The position numbers and the translations under genes were made by a program. 64,000 bases of DNA, from assembly GCF_006345805.1 (NCBI RefSeq), contig NC_043000.1, positions 33,480,001 to 33,544,000 on the forward strand. The letters are read 5' to 3'. The notes below the pieces were generated by a model, which was not told the origin of the DNA, did not search any database, and saw only the letters and a list, made by a program, of their open reading frames with translations. Below, in pieces: positions 1 through 13,109 of this stretch. Source of the DNA: Octopus sinensis. Taxonomy: Eukaryota. Position 1 is the stretch's first letter, and each line of letters starts with the position of its first letter.

Positions 1-1286
1 TAACGACAATAAGATTGTACAAGGAATGTCTGAGCTCGCAGTGGTCATATCAAGTTCTCCTATTTCAAATAAGTGAATCCAACAAGAAATCCTGAACCTA
101 ATAGAACCGCCACCCCCAACTCCATAAAAAAATGTGCACCGATTTTATGTCTTTGGTTTGCATCGAGAATATAAAATGGGAGAAAGAAATGCAACAATAT
201 AAGTAACAACGACGATGAAGACGACGGCGGCAGCAGTGATTACAAAAGCCTGAAGAGCAAATGTGTGACTCCATGTTTAAAATGTGTGACTCCATGGATT
301 AAAATTAGAATAAAAATTTAGAATCAAAAAAGTAAGTGCTGTCCATTTTTGCCACCGACGAACCTGTAATGCATCGAGATGGAAAGTTATGAGGATGGAT
401 GAAAGTCAATCTAACAGATCACTGATGAAAATGTCTAAAGAGGAAGAAGAGACGGAAATGTCATTTCGACACACAGACAGAGACAATGGAGAATGGCAAA
501 AAAAAAAAGAATGAAAAACAAGAATCAACAAAACCTAACAACACTTTATATGAAAATCTGATTTAATTAAATTAAGTCAACATAATATTAATTTAATTTC
601 TCACAGACGAAACAACATACCGAGGGCATATATTAATTATTTAGTTTGATTTATCGTCGTGACCAAGGAAGACCATATTGGAGCAATACCAAAAACAAAC
701 AAAACACAACACAATGAGCTAAAATGAATGTCTCTAACTGATCGTTCGACCAGGTAGAAGAAGCAGCGAAATACTCCTTAAATCGCACCACACCATCTCA
801 AATAAGTAAAGGCCACGATGAAATATTTTTGAAAAGGCAGAGTTTCCACGGTTGGAATGCTTTTGATAACAGGTTAGTTTCATTGGGGCCGGCATGCGAT
901 TAACAACAACGTCTGATAAATATTTTATGACATTGAATAAAAAAAAAAAACTGCGAGAATTGTAGAGGGGGAAAACAGTTACGCCATTAAGGCAAGACTG
1001 AAAGTTTACATTGGAGCAGAAAAACTAACACACGACAGAAACATCAAATAGAATTTAAATGCTGAAATAGTTTCCGTCTATTATAATCAGAGAATGGAGA
1101 ATGTAATCTTTATTGTCGATAAATTAATTTGGTTGCAGCAAGTCTGGTCGACAAAGGTATAATTATTAGATTATTAAAACGGATAACAAAGGTAGAACTA
1201 TTAAATTATTATTACTTATAACATACGCTATGATTTTAAAATCAATTTAAAATATTGAATTCAAAAATACAGTTCCACAGAGATAC

Positions 1287-1604
1287 ATACATACATGCGT
1301 ACATACATACATACATACATACATACATACATACATACATACATACATACATACATACATACACACACATGTATACATATATATGTACATATATGTATAT
1401 TATGCACGTGTATGTGTATGTATGTATATCTGCAATTCTGTAATATATACATATATATATTAATGTGTATATATAATCATATATATGTATATATGTATGT
1501 ATATATATCTACATATATATGTATATATATGTATATACATACATATATACCTTGTATAAGTATGATCAATATTGTGTACATATATATATACGCATATATA
1601 TATG

Positions 1605-1642
<38 letters not shown>
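1287..1642. repeat. compound (ACAT)n/(AT)n microsatellite
   Basis: Direct reading; source of the HTYI/MYV-type ORFs in the track. Confidence 0.95.
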
Positions 1643-1646
<4 letters not shown>

Positions 1647-2094
1647 CACATTTATATTTATACTACTAACAAATATATGACAACACATAAAGTTACAAAT
1701 ATTTAACCAATATTTACCTGCTATTATTTATAGCTTTATGTGATTCGAGATCCTCTGTTCGAATAATTTCTTGAAAATATATATATATATATATATTTGT
1801 GTATGTGTGTGTGTGTGTGTGTGTGTGTATGTAACCGGTCTCCTTAGTTTCCATGCTTCGGTTAGAACATATTTGGGGAAATACTTATATGCATGGAAAC
1901 AAACATGGGTTGGCAACAAGAACGGCACCCGGCAGTAGGAAATCTGCACCAACGAATTTCATCTGACCTGTGCAAGTATGGGAAAATTGACGTTACAACG
2001 ATGATGCATGCATGTATATATATATATGTGTATGTATATATAAACACATATAGTATCAGAAAGGGAGGAATTTCGATTATCCCCACGTGGTGAG

Positions 2095-2220
2095 TTATTA
2101 TATATATAAAAAATTAAAGAAGGAAAATGCACACATTTCACATATTTTTAATATACTTTTTAATATATTTTATATTGTGTTTGACGACCGGTTTCGCTTT
2201 CGCTAATCATGACATTAAAA
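2095..2220 (-). mobile_element. solo Penelope-like pLTR fragment carrying a hammerhead motif
   Basis: Clearly similar to 7190-7300, which is attached to a PLE RT fragment. Confidence 0.65.
2182..2214 (-). ncRNA. minimal type I hammerhead-like ribozyme, A3:U8 core variant
   Basis: Minus strand UGUC AUGAUUA GC GAAA GC GAAA CCGG UC GUCA: stem I (one mismatch), 7-nt core, 2-bp stem II, GAAA, palindromic stem III ACCGGU, GUC triplet. Confidence 0.6.
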
Positions 2221-2451
2221 TTTATTTAAATACGTATTTTCTTAAGAAATTTTTTTGGTCCATGTTGTGTGTGGAGTTTATGAATGACTGATTCAACAAG
2301 TAGAAAAATCTAAGGGGAGGTAATTGGTGATCGTTATTATTGTGGACAAGGGAGATATTGTCATTCTGATAATCTGATAAATCGAGTGAAACATAGAGAC
2401 GAGTTGATAAGTAGAGAGATAGAAAGATAGATAGAGATAAGCAAGTAGTTT

Positions 2452-2536
<85 letters not shown>

Positions 2537-3083
2537 GGTTTGTTAATTAGACAGATAGAATGACAGGGAGACAGATGGGTTAACAAGTCGAGAGGTAGAA
2601 GGATACATATATAGATAGATAGATAGATAGATAGAGGGAGAGAGAGAGAAAGAGAGAGAGAGAGAGAATTTAGTGCTAAATGGTGAGATGAAACAGATGG
2701 GTTAGTGTAAAAGTAACCATGGTGAGCCGAGAGAGGGAGAGAGGCGGAGGTGGGGTTCTCACAAGACCGAAGAAATATGTGTCCTCGTCTTCGGTATTAA
2801 AACAAAGAATTTCTGCCACAATTCTGCGATGAAAGGGAAAGGATTACGAGAGGTAAACCTTACAATTGTAACGAGGTTATCACGTCTAATTAAATAATTG
2901 ACAAAGGAAATATATTTGTGGTTTGATTGAGGAGGTTAATCACCATGGAAACTAACCAATTAACTTAGACTGGTGGAGTGAGGAGAATGATCTCTGGTGA
3001 TGGTCATGGTAGAAGGCTGCTGTATTCACAAAACATTAGGAACAGGTGTAGGAAGAGCAGTTAGCAAGGAAGAAGGTAGGGAA

Positions 3084-3084
<1 letters not shown>

Positions 3085-3118
<34 letters not shown>

Positions 3119-3325
3119 TAGTAGTAGTAACGGTAGTGGTGGATCACATTCTTCTGTTCATGTTCTTTCACTTCAAATCATCACCACAATCACCACCACC
3201 ACCACCACCACCACCACCACTACCATCATCATCATCATCATCATCATCATCACCACCACCATCATCAAAATCCCCACCATCATCACCATCATCATCATCA
3301 TCGTCATCATCATCACCACCATCAC

Positions 3326-3384
<59 letters not shown>
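3085..3384. repeat. compound (CAG)/(TAG)/(CAC)/(CAT)n trinucleotide repeats
   Basis: Direct reading. Confidence 0.95.
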
Positions 3385-3388
<4 letters not shown>

Positions 3389-3609
3389 CCACCCGGCTTC
3401 TGCAACACAGAATATTTTCTTGTGGAAACTCTCAAGTTTCTTAATAGGATGTCTCTAACTTTCAATTGATATATTTATCCGTTAAGCAACATCAATGGAG
3501 GCTTCTATTCGGATGTTCGATATGCTAGAAATAACAGCCATCTCTCCGAAATTACATCCTGTTATTTTACAAAAGCAAGAATGCATGTGGAAGTCAGAGA
3601 CATCCCTAG

Positions 3610-3614
<5 letters not shown>
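3385..3614 (+). repeat. 230-bp direct duplicate of 4303-4532 embedded in (CAT)n
   Basis: Base-by-base match by eye at offset 918; flanked on both sides by CAT repeats. Confidence 0.9.
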
Positions 3615-3642
<28 letters not shown>

Positions 3643-4189
3643 CTAACATTTTGCTATTCTAGTCACTGTCGCTCTTACCATCAGTAATGCCGTCAGCTCT
3701 ACAAACTACAAACGCGAGCTCTATTTCTTGCTATGTCTGGTGTTTTTGTTGTTGTTGTTGTTGTAGTGAAGCCATAGGTTAGTGCTGAGTAGATCTATAA
3801 AGCCGTTTCAGCCATAGCCATCCAATCTTAAAATCCAGACATCATTACCCAATATATCTTTTCTCTTTATAAAACGACTTGAAAGAGATTTGGCTGTTAT
3901 TTCTAGCTGATTGAACGGATACTTAGAAGCTTCACCTCTTTCGTTCATGTTTAATGCTGTTCATATTGGAGTTGTTGTTGTTGAAGTTGTTGCTGTTGAA
4001 GTTGTTGTTATTGTTGTTGCTGTTATTGTTGTTGTTGATGTTGTTGCTGCTGCTGAACCTGTTGTTGTTGTTGTTGTTAATATTAATAACATCCAAGTTT
4101 ATGCACCCTCCAGCCCCGAACAGTATATTTATACTGACAACCCCCACAACACCCGCAACCCACCTGCGACGTTAATTCATTCCGCCATT

Positions 4190-5277
4190 ATTTATGGTTC
4201 AATACATTTTTGTAGAAATTGGTTTCAAAGAACTCCTCTTCAGTGGAATCCTTTCCTCTTCTACTTTAAATAATAATTACCACCCCCAACCCATCCACCC
4301 CCTCCTCCACCCGGCTTCTGCAACACAGAATATTTTCTTGTGGAAACTCTCAAGTTTCTTAATAGGATGTCTCTAACTTTCAATTGATATATTTATCCGT
4401 TAAGCAACATCAATGGAGGCTTCTATTCGGATGTTCGATATGCTAGAAATAACAGCCATCTCTCCGAAATTACATCCTGTTATTTTACAAAAGCAAGAAT
4501 GCATGTGGAAGTCAGAGACATCCCTAGAAATCCTGGATGGTTATATCTGGAACGCCTTTAACTATGTGTACTCAATGGAGCCTGACATCTCTTTTAAACA
4601 GACGAGGAAGATTTCTATATGGTTTTTGGGCTTTCTAGAAATAGCAACCAAATATTTCCTAAATTACATTCTATCTTTAAAATGGGAAGGTCACATCAGG
4701 TAGTGTAGTCCTAAGCTGAAAACTAACAAGATGGTGCTGGCCGGGAAACCTTTCACTCTAACTGATGCCAACAATCTGTTATATGTGTGTAGAGACTCTC
4801 TCCTGGTAAAGAGAAAAAAAATCATAACCACGCTGTTCCAGCGATATGAACACCACCGCACACCAGTTTGTAGACCATCGGATTCGTCTGATCGTTCGAA
4901 ATAACCAGCGAATTGTTTTTGCTGAGAACATTTGCAGCTCAAGACAACTGCACATAATTACCAACCCCCAACCCATTTAAAGTAATAGGATGCAATTTCG
5001 GAGGGATGGCTGTTATTTCTAGCATATCGAACATCCGAATAGAAGCCTCCATTGATGTTGCTTAACGGATAAATATATCAATTGAAAGTTAGAGACATCC
5101 AATTAAGAAACTTGAGAGTTTCCACAAGAAAATATTCTGTGTTGCAGAAGCCGGGCGGAGGAGGGGGATGGGTTGGGGGGGTGGTGGTAATTATTATTGA
5201 AAGTAGCAGAGGAAAGGATTCCACTGAAGAGGAGTTCTTTGAAACCAATCTCTACAAAAATGTATTGAACCATAAAT
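4190..5277. repeat. long inverted repeat: arms 4190-4483 and 4983-5277, ~500-bp spacer
   Basis: Right arm is the reverse complement of the left with scattered substitutions and small indels. Confidence 0.9.
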
Positions 5278-5337
5278 TAAATACCCGTTGCGTACTAGGG
5301 TCGATGTAATCGACTAGCCTCTCCCCACCCAATTTTA

Positions 5338-5580
5338 CCTATTTCTTTACTACCTACAAGGGGCTAAACACAGAAGGGACAAACAAGGACAGACAAAGGG
5401 ATTAAGTTGATTACATCGACCCCAGTGCGTAACTGGTGCTTAATTAATCGACCCCGAAAGGATGAAAGGCAAAGTCGACCTTGGCGGAATTTGAACTCAG
5501 AACGTAGCGGCAGCCGAAATACCGCTAAGCATTTTGCCTGGCGTGCTAACGATTCTGCCAGCGTGCTAACGATTCCGCCT
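5338..5580 (-). mobile_element. tRNA-derived SINE, family a (GGCGGCGAGCTGGCAGAATCGTTAGC head)
   Basis: A-box-like TGGCAGAATCGTT and B-box-like GTTCAAATTCC on the minus strand; many copies in the window. Confidence 0.85.
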
Positions 5581-5676
5581 TGCGACTTTACCATTTCCAA
5601 TACTCAATCAGTGAGAAGTGTGATGCTATTGAAACTGACATGCCAATTAGCTAACAACGATAGCAGTAATATAATC

Positions 5677-5892
5677 CTTTCTGCTAAAGGCAAAACGCCT
5701 AAAATTGGGTGGGGAGAGGCTAGTCGATTACATCGACCCCAGTACGCAACGGGTATTTAATTTATCGACCCCGAAAGGATGAAAGGCAAAGTCGACCTCG
5801 GCGGAAGTTGAACTCAGAACATGGCGACGAGCGAAATACCGCTAAGCTTTTCGAGCAACGTGTTGACGATTCTGCCAGCTCACCGCCTTTTC
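5677..5892 (-). mobile_element. tRNA-derived SINE, family a, with 20-bp target site duplication
   Basis: Flanked by ACGATAGCAGTAATATAATC at 5657-5676 and 5893-5912. Confidence 0.9.
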
Positions 5893-6120
5893 ACGATAGC
5901 AGTAATATAATCAGATAATTTTCCAATAACCGGCTCAGTAATGTCACCGCATCAATTACAATTTTGCGGCAGAAAAACAACAACAACATTAACAACTGGT
6001 CAATTCTTATAATAATAAAGAACTTTTTACAATGACAATTTTATTTTACTTCGTAGTTTACTATTAATCGGAAACAGGTGGCAGCAGGAACGCACGCACG
6101 CACACACACACACACACACA

Positions 6121-6173
<53 letters not shown>

Positions 6174-6471
6174 AGTTCAGCAAAATTTAGATTCAGATGA
6201 ATATGGTACTTGTTGCTTATTTTGATTATATATATATACACATACAGCCACACACACACATATATATACTTTACAATTTATATACTCACATAAAACATAC
6301 GCAAGTATACGCACACATACACATACATAACACGTACGCATGCACAGACACACACATCAATATATATATATACATGTTTAGTCAGAGACATACCTGCGTG
6401 GTTTGGATGAGTGCTTTCTATCATAACCAGGTGCCGATCAAAACCTTATATCTAGATTTTGTAGACTGAAA

Positions 6472-6505
<34 letters not shown>

Positions 6506-6651
6506 TCAAATTTTAAATGGTTTTAATTATGGTAGTTAATTTCTAAAGGCCTGGAATCGAAACAGCTGTCAGAGATGATGTCTAATTTTTTAATTAATAA
6601 ATATTATCTCTGTATTTTCTTATTTTCGTTACACACACACAAATACACACA

Positions 6652-6682
<31 letters not shown>

Positions 6683-6686
6683 CACA

Positions 6687-6719
<33 letters not shown>

Positions 6720-6823
6720 GAGCGCGTGGCTTAGTGGTTAAGGTGTTGCATTCACGATTGAGAGATCGTGGGTTCGATTCACAGACCAGGCGTTGCGTTG
6801 TGTTCTTGAGCAAAACACTTCAT
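6720..6823 (+). mobile_element. tRNA-derived SINE head, family c, 3'-truncated
   Basis: GCGTGGCTTAGTGGTTAAGG ... GGTTCGATTC A/B boxes; same head as 48400-48712. Confidence 0.75.
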
Positions 6824-6847
6824 ATATATGTGTGTGTGTGTTTTTGT

Positions 6848-6910
<63 letters not shown>

Positions 6911-6935
6911 TTGTGTGTGTGTGTATGTATACATA

Positions 6936-7179
6936 CAGTAATTCCTCGACTATCGCGGCTATTAAGTTCTCAAAACCCCCGAGATAGTTGAAAATTCGCA
7001 TAGTAGAAGCAGTACTGTACAGTATATATATTTCCTTATATATATATCCTTATAATTTGGACATATTTATTTTATTATAAATGCAAAACAACACCAAGAA
7101 AGAATCGACGTAAGCTTAAATAATAAACTGCGATAAGTGAGTCGCGATTGGTGAACTGCGATATGGCGAGGGATTACTG
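6936..7179 (+). mobile_element. Tigger/pogo-like MITE
   Basis: TIRs CAGTAATTCCTCG / CGAGGGATTACTG, TA on both sides; second copy reversed at 37478-37705. Confidence 0.8.
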
Positions 7180-7189
7180 TATATATATA

Positions 7190-7937
7190 AGGAATTAAAG
7201 AAGGGAAATATTTACACTTTACATAATTCTAATATACTTTTTAATATATTTCATATTGTGTTTGTCGACCGGTTTCGCTTTCGCTAATCATGGCATTGAA
7301 GATCGCATTATATTTGTTTGAAGTTGAAAGTGCAAGCTAATCATTGTGAAGGCACTAGCAACATTTATAAATGCATTTCAATTATATAGAGTGTTAAACC
7401 ACGTGATTTCTCTTTTTTTACGTTTAGCGTTGCTCTCTAAATATTAACTTGGTTTTAAAATCATTTCTATATGGTGAAAGAATGCTTTTTTTTTTAAATA
7501 AAATATTTTTCTGTTCGATGATAAGTTAGAGATTGTTTCCTAATGTCTATAATTTGCGGTATAATTATTATGAGAGTATCTGGAGGACGTGTTTATGTGT
7601 ATGTTTTTATTAGGTTTACAGTAGGAGTGGTGCTTGCCAGTATTTATGCTTAATGGTGCATCGGGAAATTTATTACTTTGAGATTTGAATTTGTATCAAG
7701 GAAAATCAATTTTTTTCAAAATACTAATGAATATTTTTTGTGTTCGTTGATTTTCTTCGTTCATTTAGTGTATATGCCAAACCCGTTGTCTCTGTAGAGT
7801 TCTGTGTTGGTGGACTTATTCTCTTTTTCTATGTGTCTATGATGTATAACCTGATCAAATACAAAATCTCTGCTCCTCAGTAACTACTCTTGAATACATC
7901 AAAATTTATTTCTCTGTTTCTTAACCCTGAAGGAGTT
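7190..7937 (-). mobile_element. degenerate Penelope-like retroelement: RT C-terminal half plus pLTR tail
   Basis: Minus-strand remnants FDV..SY*GAE, LYRDNG (YRDDG), TNSNLKVINF, KREITWFN (WFNPP region). Confidence 0.75.
7263..7295 (-). ncRNA. minimal type I hammerhead-like ribozyme, A3:U8 core variant
   Basis: Minus strand UGCC AUGAUUA GC GAAA GC GAAA CCGG UC GACA; core identical to 2182-2214. Confidence 0.6.
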
Positions 7938-8192
7938 AAGTGAAAGTATGTTGTCAACTTAATATGACAGTCCCATGAAAGGGAAGAATGCTAATGTTAT
8001 TTAGCCCTAGGAAACACCGTTTCCTGTTGGACTTGACACATTTCCTGTGTCCTTATGTTTTCAAAGTAGAGACATAAGGACACAGGAAATGTGTCATGTC
8101 CAACAGGAAACGGTGTTTCCTATGGCTAAATAACAGTAGCATTCTTCCCTTTCATGGGACTGTCACATTAAGTTGACAACATGCTATCACTT
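7938..8192. repeat. near-perfect hairpin, 121-bp arms, 13-nt loop
   Basis: 7938-8058 is the reverse complement of 8072-8192 with a few mismatches. Confidence 0.92.
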
Positions 8193-9266
8193 TATCGTGC
8201 TGCTACTGCATAAATCTCTCTGAGAGATTTAGAAATATATTATTTCCATGAAGGAATTGTCAAAAATGATAACGACATCCTTGAATTCGATATTATGTTG
8301 ATAGCGGTGTCAGTTATGGTCGAATTATGTTTTCCAAGTTCTAGAAGCTTTTAGAAGTGTTTAAAAATGGACGGGTAGTATTAAACTAAGCGAATCTGAA
8401 AGAGGATTTATCGTCGATATTGTCAAACCACTTGATGTGACTTAAGTACTTTGTGTCGTTGACCAATGAATCAGTGAAGTCTAAACGCCATTTTGAATTA
8501 AGTCATTTTTTATATTTTAGTTCTGCACGGTCGTCTGAAGATCGAGCATTCGTGAAACGTGTAGTAGTAGTTGATTTAGGTACCTGATCAACTTCGATTG
8601 ACTGGACTTATGATACAATGCACTTCAAATGGAAATATGAGACCTTTTTGAAGATAATTAGGTCAGATGATCTAATCTAGATTTTCAGTATTTAAGACAG
8701 TAAGATGTAATTTGGTCGAATTGCTAGTTCCGTTCGAATAAGTAGAGTTGTTCGATGGAAGAGTTCATTATGTATTGAATATGTGTATGTATTTATGTAT
8801 GTGCTTGCGTGAATGTATGTATGTGTATGTATGTCTGTATACGTATGTATGTATTCATATGTCTTCCTTCTATGTAGAAGTCATCTTTCCCATTGGCAAA
8901 TTTCTAAAGTTTTCACTGGTGAAGATCAAACGAGAATCTAATGAGAATTAGCGTGATCGTATTGTGTACAGGGCGTTTTCCAGTTTATTCCACAAGCGTT
9001 CATACTAAGATAAGCTTTATCCCAGTGACTATATTTAGGCATGTACTCTTCAACCAGATAGAAAAACAGAAAGGTCATCATTTGAGGTCAAGTTAGCGTA
9101 GAAGTGTTCATATCCTCTGTCACATACACAACTGGGCCGTTACTTTGGAGTTAACGAAACACTCGTTTATTTTACAGTGTAACACGATCTATGAAAGTGT
9201 ACTCTCGCACCGAAATCTACTTACCACGGTGCACACGGTTGAATTAGAGACAGAGAGGAAGGGAAA

Positions 9267-9306
<40 letters not shown>

Positions 9307-10043
9307 GAGAGACAGAGAGACAGAGAGGAAAAGAGAGAATGTTTGTTGATTGTTGAACTAAGTGCAGCTCAAATTTCACAATGTCGCTGAGAGACAAGTT
9401 ATCATTTCAATGATTCTAGAGATCGTGGACTTGAGAACATTGTGGATGCCGTCAAAAATTGAACCTTGAGAACCAGTTTCTATTTTCAACTGAAACAATT
9501 TCACATTATACGTGATGCTGCTGCCACCTTAAGAAAGACAAGTAGAAAACATCGGCCATATCACCATATTACACCCTCGAGACCAAGTTGTCTGATCGAC
9601 TGACATTATTAACACACAATATTTGTTACATATATTGATCTACAAATTATGAACCGGACTCAAGGTAAATAGGATAATAGAGAGTGATTAGCGTTGGAGA
9701 GATACTCAGATTTGCTGTACGGCTTCAACAAATAATAAAGTGTTCGATAGCCCACAGGTCACCCTTAGAGCTAATAATTGTTAACGAGTTATTGAGAATC
9801 TCAGGGATTCTATGTTCAAGTCCTGCCGAAGGTGACAATATTTACATATTGCGAGTAAAAGAATTTCTTTTATAAACTTGTCTTGTCATAGAGAGAAAGC
9901 TTCTAAGGAGCTGGAATTGTCGATTTTGTCTCAAGAAAGGTAAAATTATGGATTATTAGTTATAACACACACACACATACACACATACATGTATATATTC
10001 TTTGATGTATATATGTATATATGTATATATGTATATATGTATG

Positions 10044-10193
<150 letters not shown>

Positions 10194-10444
10194 CTATATA
10201 TATATATATTATATATATATATATATATACAGAACATTATTACTCATAAGAGTAAAATTAGTGGCCGCAGGCATAAAACCAAACACCTAAAATTAATATA
10301 TACAAAATCAGAGCACTAAGAATCACCAGTTTAGCTAAAAATAGGAGTCAAAGACACTCCGAAGCCACAAGAATTAACAATAAATTTTTACAACCATGGT
10401 TGAAAAAACTAAGTGAATATATGCATATTTTATATATATGTATA

Positions 10445-11726
10445 CGTGGAAGAGTCAAAAATTATTTGCACTTTTGTTATTTTCAATGTATTTACACAAA
10501 AGCAAGGGATAAACAATACGTCATTTTTCTATATAGTCTCCTACCTTGTCGATGCACTTGGCCCCAGCGGTCCACAAAATTGCGTATTCCCTCCAAGAAG
10601 AAGGTTTTCGGTTGGTCGTGCAACCATTTATGCACCACTTCCCTCACATCTTCATCCATAGGAAATCGAGATCTCGTAAACCATCTTTGAGCGATTCAAA
10701 GATATGATAGTCAGAAGAGGCGAGATCTAGGCTGTAGGCGGCGTGTTCCAGCACCTCAAAACCCAATTAGTTAATGGTTTCAACTGTCTGGGCGGCCGTG
10801 TGTAGGCGTGCATTGTCATGCAACAACAAAACTTTCTTCGACGACAGGGTTCGGCGTTTGGTTCAAATTCCTGGCTTCAGTTTGTTGTCCAGCAAAGCAC
10901 TGTATCTTGCACTGTTGATCGTACACCCCTTTTCCAAGTAGTCTTCCAGCGTAGGCCCTTTTGAGTTTCCAAAAAGGGTTAGCATCACCTTTCCCACGGA
11001 AGAATGATTCTTGAATTTGTTTGTCGTTGGTGATCCAGGATGCTCCCACTCCATACTCTGTTTTTTGGATTCTGCCTCATAATGATCGACCCACGTTTCA
11101 TCCCCTGTGACTATGCTACTCAAAAATTCCTCGCCCTCATTGTTGTAGCGATCGAGTAAAAGTTGGCAGACCTCAAGATGTTTGCGCTTAAGCTATGCGG
11201 TAAGCTCTCTTGGCACCCATCTTGCACAGACTTTATGGAAGCCGTGCTCATCGTGGATGATTCGATAGGTAGAACCATGACTAATCTGCAGAGAACGAGC
11301 TACCAAATCGATGATAACTCGCCGGTTCACAATTACCGTTTCTCGAACTTGCTGAATCTTTTCGTCAGTGGTGGAGGTTAACAGGCGTCCTGCTGCCTCT
11401 TCATGCGTCACGCTTGTCCGGCCACGTTTAAACTTCTCGATCCACTCATACACACTTCTACCCGGTAGTGCACTGCCTTCTCATATTGTGCCAAAAGGCT
11501 CCGATGAATTTCACCACCTGACACACCTTCCGACCAGAGAGATCGGATCACTGCTCTTTGTTCTTCTTTGGTGCACATTGGTAGTGGAGCGGCCATGCTT
11601 ATACTGCAAAAACCAGAAAGAAAAATGGCGTGATCAGGTTCAAACTTCGATCACGTGACCACCACAGTACCAACAAGGCAGTATAACTCTTTTAAAGATA
11701 TGTTATGGCGAAAGTGCGGATAATAT
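10445..11726 (-). mobile_element. mariner (DD34D) DNA transposon, degenerate
   Basis: TA + TIR CGTGGAAGAGTCAAAAATTATTTGCACTTT at left; partial matching TIR AAAGTGCGGATAAT at right. Confidence 0.9.
10521..11596 (-). pseudogene. mariner transposase pseudogene
   Basis: Motifs EQRAVIR, CARWVPRELT, IVTGDETWV, LLHDNAR, YSLDLASSDY across frameshifts and stops. Confidence 0.9.
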
Positions 11727-11782
11727 ATATGTAAGTATATGTGTGTGTGTGTGTGCGTGTACTTAACCATATACGTTATATA

Positions 11783-11834
<52 letters not shown>

Positions 11835-11855
11835 GCGTGATATATATATATTATT

Positions 11856-11902
<47 letters not shown>

Positions 11903-12189
11903 CTGTTATTGTTGTTGCTGTTGTTGTTGTCGTTGAAGCATAGGAAACATGCTTTGCGATATCTGCTTTGACCGTTTGCATTCTAAATTCGAATCTTGCC
12001 GAAGTCAACTTTGCTTTTCTTCCCTACCGGGGGTCAAACAGGAGCTAAAGCACCAGCGAAGTCCTGAGATTCAGTGTCGACAAATCCCTTCCCCTCAAAA
12101 TTAATGAACTTCTCCTTAAATTAAAAACAATTGTTGTTCTTTTTGTCTTTTTTTAACCTCCTTACGTTTGTTGTTTTTAATGATGTTGC

Positions 12190-12520
12190 TCTTCTTCTTC
12201 TTCTTCTTCTTCTTCTTCTTCTTCTTCTTCTTCTTTTTCTTCTTCTTCTTCTTCTCCTTCTTCTTCTTCTCCTTCTTCTTCTTCTTCTCCTTCTCCTTCT
12301 TCCTTCTCTTCTTCTTCTTCCTCCTCTTCTTCTTCTTCTTCTTCTTCTTCTTTTCCCTCTTTTTCCTTTCCTCCTCCTCTTCTTCTTCTTCTTCTTCCCC
12401 CTTCTTCTTCTCTTTCTTTTCTTCTTCTCCCCCTTTCTTCTTTTCTTCTTCTCTTCTCTTCTTCTCCCCCTTCTTTTCTTCTTCTTCTTCTTCTTCTTCT
12501 TCTTCTTCTTCTTCTTTTCC
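12190..12520. repeat. long imperfect (CTT)n polypyrimidine tract
   Basis: Direct reading; explains the poly-R/K and poly-L/F ORFs. Confidence 0.95.
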
Positions 12521-12662
12521 TTCCCCTTACAAGATCTACAACTGAAGAATAAATTGAGAACTATTTTCACTCCTCTTAATCTAAATAACATCAGAGCATG
12601 CCACCCGCCACTACAGACAGACATAACACGCATAATAATAACACACACACACTCTTCTCTCT

Positions 12663-12694
<32 letters not shown>

Positions 12695-13074
12695 GAAAAC
12701 AAATATGCACACAGAAATCTATATACATACAAACGCATCACCACACCAAACTTTACTGAGCCCCTCACTGAGCCACGCCCAGTCGGCACCTTTTGGGCAG
12801 AGTCTAACCCAATCCCTATTAAAGGTACCTGTACCATCTTATGAGGTTTTATTATTAAATTCAACCCATTCTATTATGGATGTGGGTGGAAGCGAGGACT
12901 AACTTGGTATGTGTGAATGTATGTATATATGTGTATGTAAGTGTGTATGTGTATGCGTAGAGTGTTCACGTGCTTGTGCGTAGATGCTTGCATGAAGCGT
13001 GCGTGTGTGTATGAATCACGCACATACACACACATATGTATGATGATTAAAATACGCAAACGCGTATACATGTT

Positions 13075-13109
<35 letters not shown>

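Noticed and set aside
98-295. Cys/Arg-rich 65-aa ORF on the minus strand
   Set aside because: Built from ACG/GCA-type trinucleotide runs and a 21-bp tandem duplication (259-296); no recognisable domain.
8530-8565. CTGAAGA...GAAACG hammerhead-like string
   Set aside because: Stem I does not pair, stem II closes on a U-U mismatch, and position 17 is G; probably chance in a decayed repeat.
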